From assembly GCA_977016875.1 (NCBI GenBank), contig CDRNST010000048.1:496001-560000 (forward strand): a stretch of DNA of 64,000 nt. The letters run 5' to 3'. Position numbers and translations under genes: made by a program. Numbering within the stretch: the stretch's first letter is position 1; the number at the start of each line of letters is the position of its first letter. The notes below the pieces were generated by a model. The model saw nothing but the letters and a program-made list of their open reading frames with translations, ran no database searches and was not told the DNA's origin. Of this stretch, positions 55,101 through 64,000 are shown one piece after another. The DNA comes from Pavona decussata. Lineage: Eukaryota.

Positions 55101-56747
55101 CACAGTGCGAGTCGTTTGTTTGCTTTTGTGATTTAATTTGCCTTAGGTAAAGTGATGTGAAATTTGAATATAGTCGCAAAATAGTGTGTGGAGTCTATTA
55201 AAAGCAACATCGACCGTTTTCACAAATGGCAGACGTTCGGAGCAAACCTAGAGATAGGCGTCAAATCTGGGTGTTTTAGGATAAACAAAAAAATAATTTT
55301 CTTGCCGGCGAGTGCAGGTCCGCAGAGAGATTAATCTGCGGATAAGTAAAGAATTCTTTAGCGTCAGATTTTTGAGATCCATGATTTTATTCTGAACAAG
55401 TTTTACTGTTTGTTGGTTTGTTTCTCGCCGCAATCACAAATGTAAAAAACGCACTGATGGAAATAGATAATTTTTTTTAGTTTCCCAAGTCTTCAGACCT
55501 TCGAGCGCACTGGTGACAGAAAATTCGAAATAGCCATTGCGCTCGAAGGTTTGAGATCTTAACAAACAAAAAATTAAACTGATCCGTCTTGTTTTTGTAA
55601 TATTGTAAAGGAACAAACCAATAAACGGTAGAACTGAGGCTCGTTTGTGATTAGAAACTCTGTACTTATCGGCCGATTGGTCTCTGTGTCAACTTTGCAC
55701 TCGCAGGAAAAGAGATTTTTTGTTTATCCTTAAAACGGCTCGTTTTGGTGTCTAGTCCCAGTTTTTTTCGCAGCGTCCGCCATATTGGTGTACACCCTAA
55801 ACAAACAAAGCTAACTTCCATGTCCGCCTTTTTTCTTTTTCTTATAACAACTGAATTCTGTCTTCTTGAAACATGGCCAGTGCAAAACTGACTAGGTGGG
55901 GAAGGGGAGGGTAGAATGCAAGCATGGAATGATGGTGAAAGGTAAAACAATAACAACAACCGCTCACGGTGGTCAGCGGCGTCAATCACTGAGTTTTAAA
56001 ATGGCGGCGGCGCTTTTCAGTCAAAAGTATTTCTGCACCTAAACGATACGTCTACACTAATGCAGGAGACAGAAATCGTGGTTTCAAACATTTCCTTTTT
56101 GAAGAAATTGTTGAAACTCCAGTTACTACATTTCACAGAGAAATTTACACCAAATTCAAATCGCTGGGCAACTCCTCAGAGAAATGTGAATTATCTAACT
56201 TGTGCTTGCATACAATTGTTCTTTTCAAAAGGTTTGTTGTGTCCCACAAAAGCACCATTGTTAGGTTCAGAATGAATTCTCTGCACACGAGTTAACTGTA
56301 AATTCAGTTTGGTGTGGCTGAGAAGGAGAAGGTGGGGGGTTTCTCATTCTCAGTTTACAGCAAAGGTTTAATTTTCTTTGCAGAATGGCGGTTGTAGGTT
56401 CGATTCAAACAATGGATGGGCCATTTACTTTGGTATATTGTTATTCCTTGCCCACTGATTTTTTTTTTTTGCGCTTTCGAAGAACGCCCAGTTCCTTTTC
56501 GTGGTATCCAGTGACACTAATATAAAATCTCGCAAACAATCGATTATACGTTGTGTTATACTATTAGGTAATTACCACAATTGCAGATTAAAGATTTCAC
56601 TTTATTATAAGTGAAAACTGCTTTCATCGCATTATAAACTATTTATTAAACTACGAACTATTGATAAGTAATATACCTGAACGTTTCTAGTACATTTACT
56701 CTCATTCCATGTAATTTATTTTTCATAGTTTATGTTTAATTTGCCAG

Positions 56748-57230
56748 CCCCATCTAGACCGGGATTTTTTTTCTTTTGCGACTTGTGGGGGGAGGGGGGG
56801 GGGCAGGGGTGCGACTGATTCCCCCATCATGAGTCAAATGGCGACAATTTTGGGTTCTGCCATCTAAGATTTCTGAATTTCCCCAAAACGTCAGGAAAGT
56901 GCTAACATTAAGCGAAAAGTAATCACAACCAATAAAGGAACACTAATAAGAACTTAACACAAAAATTGCAGTAAGAAAAGTAATTTTTCGTCATTTTCAA
57001 AAGGGATATCCATTTTCTAAAAAAAAAAAACGGAAACATGCAGCCTGTCAAAATTTGGTTGCCATGGTTATATCAAAGTCAATGAACTCTAATCGACCAC
57101 ATCCAAATTTTTTTCAGGTAATTCTCCGAAAAGTCTTGCAGTTTCATGGCATTTGTGTAAGGTAGTAAAAAACGTTATTCAGGTTCAAAGTCGCCACATG
57201 CAGAATCCGCCACTCCCTGTCTAGATAAGG
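56748..57230. mobile_element. piggyBac-like (TTAA) non-autonomous element with both ends recognisable
   Basis: Left end ccccatctagacc; right end gtctagataagg|ttaa. Internal caaatggcg...gccatct...atcacaaccaataaaggaacac is shared with the other copies. Confidence 0.7.
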
Positions 57231-58259
57231 TTAATGATTAACATTTTCAAGCAACTTTGGAAATGAATTGTTATCTGAACGATCTCTATTAATAGTCAAG
57301 TCTATAATTGAATATTAGAATAGAGCGGGAATGGCTGGTTTTTACTTCACCGTGCAAAATATTTGTTGCACATTTGTTCTCCAAATTGGTTGATCAGCAG
57401 CTGTTTGGACCGTGTTCCATATTCTTCTACGGTTGCTGGACATATTTTTATCACTGGGACGCTAGTTATCACTGTAAGCCTGCCTGAAACAATTTCCCCA
57501 TTGAATGCTCTTGAGCAAAGGGATTGATGACTGGCCACCATCCAACAAAACCCTGTTCAAAGGTTATTTTCTGGATTATTCAATATCGCAATTTTTTTTT
57601 TTCGTTTCTTGGTCCCATTCATCCACTCTATTACAGAGGTATTCACACGCTAGGATAACGTGATAGAACGTTTTATTTCTTTCTCTAGATGAAGCCTGTT
57701 CTTCTTTCTTCAGCTCAAGGAAATAAAATTCTTTCATGGTCAGAAAACAAGTTATCAGTTTTCATAACAAAATAACCCTGAATCAGCCGGCCGGGAATAT
57801 TAAAGCTCTTTGCGCAGTTTCAGCTTTGATAACAATGTGAACGGGCACGTGTTAACTTTGAACAGCCAGAAAACAGCAACGATAAAATTATAGCCCACGA
57901 ACAGATTGGTGATTTGGATTTTTTCTTGTGCGCAAAATCTATAATTAACTATCTTTGCCTTCAGATGACCAGCACGGGAATGAACAGAAACTTGAAGAAA
58001 GTTGAAGTTCTCCATGCCTGTGAGAACAACTTAAGAAAAAATAGTTATGATGTGTTCCTATTTCGATAAATCATTTGATATATTCTTTTTAGTCGCTCTC
58101 ATTAAAATTAATTTTATGTTTGAGGATGATACTGTGTCTGATACTTTTAATAAGGTGAAATACTCACGACAATGCTTCTTTAAGGAATATCTTCAAACAG
58201 TCTTTAACAAAGTTTCTACGTTTTCTAAATTTAAAGTAACCTCTCATAAACGGAAACTC

Positions 58260-61200
58260 TCATATGTCGCGACTGTACGCCTTGTTAAATTTCATTCCAA
58301 ACTCTTCCGCTAGCTGCTTAAAGGCGCGGACCACGTTGTCGCTCTCATTTCCCAGCTCCTCCAGGGAACAACTAAAACATAAAACAAACTAATAATAAAT
58401 GACTGATTTGTTTCATGAAAAAAACTTAATAGAACATACCCGCGGGCTGAAGGAAGACACCAAATGAACTGTCTGGTTGGGAAATCCTTATATAGCTGTT
58501 TCGAGGAAGGTTGTCCAAAACAAGCATAAAAGCGTACGCGACAATGCCGAAAGGTAGTCTGGGAAATGCCAAATAAAATTTAATAAAAGCTCAGAATCCA
58601 TAACGACTCGGCCGTACAGCGAAGACTTGAGATGACGTGCAATATGGATTCTGAGCTTTTATTGAAATTTATTAGGTATTTCCCAAACTACCTTTCGGAA
58701 TTGTTACGTACGCTTTTACGCTTTATTTGAACAACCTTCGTCGAAAGAGCTGTATATAAGCCCACTTCAACCGTCGAACATTTCATTGTCCGCTCGCTAG
58801 TGCCTTTCACGGTAGCAATTTACAGCGCGACATTTTCCCCCTGAAAATCGTCGTTCAAATCTTCTATTGTAACATCGCCATAAATGCATGAAAAGATCGA
58901 CGTTTCACCTGAGTTGTCTCAGTCTCAAATGAGGGGAATTAGAAGTAATCTATTAGTGAGTAGAGAACATTTTTTGTTACCTGATTGATCTGATGGTGAG
59001 GTAAAAGTCCTTGAGTACATTGAAAGCCTCTCCTGACCTGATTCTATGGAAGGACATCAGAAATATCAACAAACCGGCAATGTTTATCCTCTCGTTTCAG
59101 ATACACTTTCAAAAACGCAGGGCTCCAGTTGTTCAAAGACTGAATAACTTTTTCCAGGGGATACGTCGCTATCCAGGGAATAAAATCAAATATACTCCAA
59201 ATAAAACATTTGGAAAGACTTCCATACAGCCCCATACCCAGCTGTGCATAAATTGTTTGTAAAGTCAGATGGCATAGGGTAATACTTTCTTCTTTTCTCA
59301 TGTTTAATCAATTTGTCAGGTAGTTATTTCAACTTAATGAGTTATCCGCTCTTCGGATAACCAATCCCTGGTAAATACCATCCAACTTTTATAATAAAAC
59401 GCTGATCCCTTATGACACTGAATTGTATTTGCGAAAATCTTTCAGTATACTGAAGCATTAGTGTCAGTGATATGCATCTCTGGTTCCTTTTATATACTTT
59501 GATCCAACCTGCAATTCTATTTCACACGCTCCGTTTGATTCAGAACTAAACTGCCAGCATTTGTTAAATTAGGTAACCAGGCGTCCTGTTGAAATATCAG
59601 GAGTGGGCGCTAAGGGTGCCAGCGTCAGCCCTGAAGAGTTAATGCTCGGGATCTTAGCGCCCGCGCATGGGATTCCAAGGGGACGCTCGCTTACCAAGAC
59701 TTAACGAATGTTGGCCGTAAAGTCGGAGTGTGGCCATCTTGAATTTAGGGATTTTACTTTTTTTGCTTCTTTTACGAGCACTATCTGTCAAAGTCTAGTC
59801 GATGAGGAAAGAGGAACGAGACCCAATGAAGGGCACGGACAGAAAAAGTGAAGAACCGCGTTAATAGAAAATATCCAAGGCACAGTTATCTTAAAGAGTA
59901 TATCCTTCACAAACCCGTTTTCCTTCTCAATTGCTTTGTCCGATCCATGCTTAAAGAAGTCCAGGGCGTAAGAATTCAAGTGCTGAATACGCCCGGTTGA
60001 GTCGCGCTTCTCAACAGGCAGAGTGGGAACGACGTTCATGTCTGTGTAGACATCTTGGCGACTGATCTAGTGAAAACATTGATGACGTTACTTTGTAAAA
60101 TATTTTAATAGGGCTTATGTCAGATTCGTTTTTTCCATACATCTAACTACCTTACTGTAGGAATTTTAAAACGCTTCAAGAAATTAACGCTACCTTTTAT
60201 TCTTAAACTTCCTAGATCAAAAATTAATTGGAGTGTTTTTTATTACCAAAATGTTAATTTGCATCATTTCTGCCCAAACGGTGATTCCTTTTACTAATAT
60301 GAATGGAAGCGGAAAAGCGCAAAATTCAACAGCATGTCCTTTGTCCGATCTTGTCCAGCCTTTGGTTCCAACGTTTTCAGTACCTTAAGTCTCCTCAATA
60401 CTCGGTATGAATTTCATATATTTCACTTACAATTTCAAATTGTACCAAGCATAAACATTTGTTTCCTGTAATAAGAAAATTAATCTGGTCGAGAGTACAA
60501 TATAATGTTTTACCTTCCATAAATGATCGNNNNNNNNNNNNNNNNNNNNNNNNNNNNNNNNNNNNNNNNNNNNNNNNNNNNNNNNNNNNNNNNNNNNNNN
60601 NNNNNNNNNNNNNNNNNNNNNNNNNNNNNNNNNNNNNNNNNNNNNNNNNNNNNNNNNNNNNNNNNNNNNNNNNNNNNNNNTTTTACTACTCTCCCAGTCT
60701 GTAGAGTCAGCGTCTTCGTCTTCTACCGCTCCTTCTTGGTGCTCTTCTTCGACGTCATCTTCTTCTTCGGTTTGATTTTGAGAATGTAATAGCAAGTCTG
60801 AATTTCCTGAGAGAGCGGCGAAAGATGAACAAGACGAATACCCAATGGCAAAGCGCCCAAGATTTTTGATGGTCCCGAATTCATCAAGGACGTTAATGCT
60901 CTTTTGATCTGGAAACTCTGTAACAGAAAACAAGATTCAGTCGATGGTTCAGCTTCACAATCAACCGAGAAATTCTCCTTAACAGAATCTAGAAGTAATC
61001 CTTGCGGAAGTAGGTTAACTCCTAAAGAAAATCTTTATCAACCTGCGAGGGAATATATACGTGTTAAGTAAGGACGTCTAGTATATATAGCTATCTCAAT
61101 TAGCGTTGTTGTCGAAACGCCTTTACGACAACACCGCAGGATGATATTAGTAATTTATTAGTAAATTTGACAAACCAAGCTGTGTATTACCCTGCAGAAA

Positions 61201-62716
61201 ATAATCAGAAAGGCTTATGTTTATGGTATTTACACTCAGCCTATGACACTGAAAAACGTAATAGTACAGCCAAATTACAAAAGATTTACGGCTATTCAGC
61301 AGGTTCCCTTTTGATCCTGTTCAGTAAGCTAGAAGCGAGCGACTCTCCCTTAGGACCTCGGATTCAATGAAAGGTCATCTTTTTTTAACCGGCGAATTAT
61401 AAGGTTTTCAATGATCTGAATTCACCATAACTAAAAGCTGGAAGTCTTGCAAAATTCAAGATCTCGCCAGTGGGTTTCGAGCTTAGCCCGGGATGCGAAA
61501 CGTTCAAATCACAAAAGTTTTATAAAATCAAATTTCTCCGTTCGTAATTTCATATTTGGTACCTACTTGCCAAGAGAAGTTGATGGAAGACTTATCAGCG
61601 AAATCTATTTTTTTTAGATAAAAGTTGAATGTGGGGTTCTTAATAGTTGCATCAAAAAATAACCCATCAAGTGAACGAGGTGGAATATATGTGACGTTGT
61701 GATGGTTATAAGGATTTGATATACAGCGCGCTCAAGTGGACTATTTTTTGTTATTAAAAATTATTTTACAAATATTGAGAAAATCAATCAGAAATCAATC
61801 TGTCGATAAATGGAATAAAGTTCAATCCAAATGAAATTAATAATTCCAGCTTATCACAAAAAATGCATAACACAAATGAAACTATCGGAATTTGAAGGAA
61901 ATACACCTCCAACACGGAGATAAATAAACGACCTTATTTTAACACAAAATGTTTTAAAGCTACAAAGCCTATGTATATATAAATTTAACAACACAAAGAA
62001 AGTAATTTAAAAAAGGTAAAGTTAAAACAAACGCTTGAATCTACGAAGATTATTAATACATCAACAGTATTAATTTACAAAAGGATTAGGTTACCATTAA
62101 CTACAGTCACATTTTTTTTTAGTATCGTATTGTATATAGGACAAGCATTACTTCACAAGTAGTAATTCTTAAGTAGTGTGTTGTAATTAATTTGTTTGTG
62201 CACTGAATAAATAAAGTGGCCTTAAAAAAAAAAAAAAAAAAAAACTACAGTCACTTCAAATTGTTAAAGAAAGGGGGGAAGTTTTAATTTTATAACCAAG
62301 GTAAATAGAGAAAAAGGCGAATTTCTTACTCTGCTGAAAAGCACTCTTCTGATCTACTGACAGGGTTCGGAGGAACGCTATTTGATCGTTCAAGACACAT
62401 CTCACATTGCAGCAGAAAACATTTTACAATTTAGAAGAATTTTATTTTGGCTACCTTTATTGTACAAAGTTAAGACGTTTTGAAATTAGCAAGGTGAGAT
62501 GCGTCTTGTATAATCGAATAGAATTCCTCTGGGCCCCGTGATCTAGTGCGGTAATTTCTCACCAATTCCCGATAAGGGTAGCTTGTTTTCCTCTCCGCGA
62601 TTTCTTTCATGCTCTGCTGCCACTGTAGTCAGATACTGTGTGAAGACTTTTGTAACCTGCTCGTTGTAACTTCGAAGAGCTTTGGCAAACTTTTTCGGCA
62701 GATCTTCCAAAATGAC
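58260..62716 (-). CDS. DDX60: 3' end of a DDX60-like Ski2-type RNA helicase (partial; upstream exons not identified in the window). Exons 62716-62563, 60917-(into N gap), 60066-59915, 59043-58981, 58371-58260.
   Basis: Spliced translation: VILEDLPKKFAKALRSYNEQVTKVFTQYL...NKLPLSGIEFP...SSFAALSGNSD...LNSYALDFFKHGSDKAIEKENGIRSGEAFNVLKDFYLTIRSISCSLEELGNESDNVVRAFKQLAEEFGMKFNKAYSRDI*. This resembles the vertebrate DDX60 C-terminus as I recall it (LNAYALDFYKHGS...LKDF.LTIKSISVSL.EL...DNVV.AF.QL). GT-AG boundaries and intron phases are consistent wherever visible. Confidence 0.88.
58488..58760. mobile_element. Foldback element with ~120-bp imperfect inverted arms in the last DDX60 intron
   Basis: The arm tatagctgtttcgaggaaggttgtccaaa...aataaaagctcagaatccata (58488-58611) pairs with tatggattctgagcttttatt...tttgaacaaccttcgtcgaaagagctgtata (58642-58760). 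Confidence 0.85.
59121..59367. mobile_element. Degenerate Harbinger-like MITE in a DDX60 intron
   Basis: cag|ggctccagttgttcaaagactgaataact ... agttatccgctcttcggataaccaatcc|ctg; the inverted ends are weak. Confidence 0.45.
59572..59695. repeat. GC-rich hairpin, probable MITE
   Basis: Nested inverted repeats ggtaa..gcgtcc / ggacgc..ttacc and gggcgctaag / cttagcgccc. Confidence 0.6.
60530..60680. other. Assembly gap (151 N) hiding the 3' end of a DDX60 exon
   Basis: Run of N. Confidence 1.
62111..62242 (+). mobile_element. 132-bp 5'-truncated retroposed insert with poly(A) and a 12-bp TSD
   Basis: aactacagtcac at 62099-62110 and 62243-62254; AATAAATAAA followed by an A-run of about 20. Confidence 0.8.
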
Positions 62717-62947
62717 CTTTGAAAGTTCAAGTTGTAAGAAAAAAAAAAAAAAAACAATTGCAGTCAGACGGTATAAGTGATAACTTGACATAAGTTTGCG
62801 AAAGGAAATTAACGACTGAGATGCGTATTTCTAGCCGGCATTTTGCACTTCTCCCGGATCAAAGGAGTTTTGAAAGTAGGACAAAGGTCATCGTTTTGCT
62901 TTGGTAATACAGGTGTTGAAGGGCTTGACCGAGAGTCCGTGTGTCAA

Positions 62948-63394
62948 CCGTATCTAGACGGGTTTTTTTTACTTCTAGGGCTCAGTATAAAAACAATGAG
63001 ACTTGGAGAATAAATAGCACGTCCAAAAATTTTTTAAGGTCCGTAATGGGAAGCTATGACGTCATATTACGTGTAATCACGTCATCATTGCCAAATGGCG
63101 GCCATCTTGTATCCGCCATCTTGAATTTCTGGATTTCACCCAAACTTTTTTAAAGTGCCGAAAATGAGCGAGAAGTAATCAAAACCAACAACGGAACTCT
63201 AATATCAGCTACAACATGAAAAAAAAAATACTTTTCCTCATTTTAGAAGGAGGTTTTCAATTTTATTAAACAACTGCCTGTTAAAAATTGGTTCCCATTA
63301 TAAAAGTCAATGAACACTATCCGAGCTCATCAAATTTTTCCCAGATAAATTTCTGAAAAAGTCATGAAGTTTTATCCCCCCGTTCTACATAGAG
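62948..63394. mobile_element. Independent, diverged member of the piggyBac-like family in a DDX60 intron
   Basis: tcaa|ccgtatctagacggg ... ttctacatagag|ttaa, with internal caaatggcggccatctt and aagtaatcaaaaccaa. Confidence 0.65.
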
Positions 63395-63930
63395 TTAATA
63401 AAACTGATTTGCTCGAGAGAGGTGGCTGCAAAGAAATGTTTGACCGGCTTTATATTTTAAATCCATAATGAATGTCACTCTCGACATTTCCAATAATCCG
63501 TTTACTGATTAACAAAGATAAATGACCGCTCCCGTTTATTTTCAACAGAGACAACAGTATATTTTACCTTGTTTTGTCCAGATATCTAACCTATGTCCGC
63601 TAAATACTAATTTGACTAATATTAAAGAGCCAAACCGTGTACTTCGAAGAAACATTGGAGCTCCTATAATGGCTTCTTTTTGTACATTATTGTCGGCAAA
63701 GACCATCACATGCCCGTCTGTTGGATTTCCTTGCATTATGGTAACTCAAAAAGCCGCAAAAGCTTCGAAAAAAAATTCATTTTTAAAATCGGCACTCTTA
63801 ATCCCCACGGAATCAACGAACGCTTTTCATTCGACTAATTTATTCTTCTTTTCCACGTTACCATGCTCCCATCAAAAGCGTAATTCGCAGCTCACTTTAC
63901 AAACACATACAACGCACAATTAGTTAATTC

Positions 63931-63964
63931 ACTCTGACGAAGGGCGAACGCTCGAAACGTCAAT
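63931..63964 (+). ncRNA. Degenerate minimal type-I hammerhead ribozyme motif, Penelope-like element type
   Basis: CTGACGA (63934-63940), A, stem II GGGC-gaac-GCTC, GAAAC, then GTC (63959-63961). Stem I (act/aat) has a mismatch. Confidence 0.6.
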
Positions 63965-64000
63965 ACTCGAATCTCTTTACTGTGGCCAAATTAATTCATC

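Larger units (their letters stand above)
49281..58197. repeat. Long upstream spacer, copy 3, ending next to the DDX60 stop codon
   Basis: Colinear with 1-8313. Homology stops at gaatatcttcaaa (58197). Confidence 0.9.

Noticed and set aside
60427-60789. ORFs running through the N gap
   Set aside because: Artefacts of translating N; only 60917-60681 is supported as coding.
63522-63923. ORFs 63542-63736 (-) and 63522-63923 (+) as the next DDX60 exon or a separate gene
   Set aside because: The candidate donor near 63568 gives a TAG in the required phase-0 frame and there is no DDX60 similarity. A faint retropepsin-like EAIIGAPMFL is too weak to call.

Overview
AT-rich, intron-containing animal DNA. 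The repeat families and gene content suggest a cnidarian, probably a stony coral (inference). Positions 1-58.2 kb are a minus-strand tandem array of CTHRC1-like genes. Each encodes a secreted short collagen: signal peptide, Cys cluster, Gly-X-Y stalk and CTHRC1 C-terminal head, in 3 coding exons joined by phase-0 introns. Five copies are visible. A (9850-11772) and A' (23193-25115) are open. B (18012-20825), B' (31364-34172) and C (46293-48193) carry premature stops. A sixth copy is predicted just left of the window. A+B were duplicated very recently as a near-identical 13.3 kb block, with the junction at 21473/21474. An older ~14 kb unit ends about 60 bp past the stop codon of a DDX60-like helicase gene, whose last five visible exons lie at 58260-62716 on the minus strand. 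The most notable observations are: (i) head-domain variation confined to three patches, with copy C looking like a B/A recombinant across a 68-bp identical core; (ii) a collagen stalk built from 90-bp modules that vary in number; (iii) a TATA/Inr promoter with a variable number (4/0/4/2/2) of 86-bp CCAAT repeats; (iv) a conserved spliced 11-codon uORF whose stop overlaps the main start (UGAUG/UAAUG); and (v) a decayed multi-exon gene in the spacers. LINE fragments, several MITEs, a degenerate minimal hammerhead motif and a 151-N gap are also present. All coordinates and alignments were made by eye; no searches were run.
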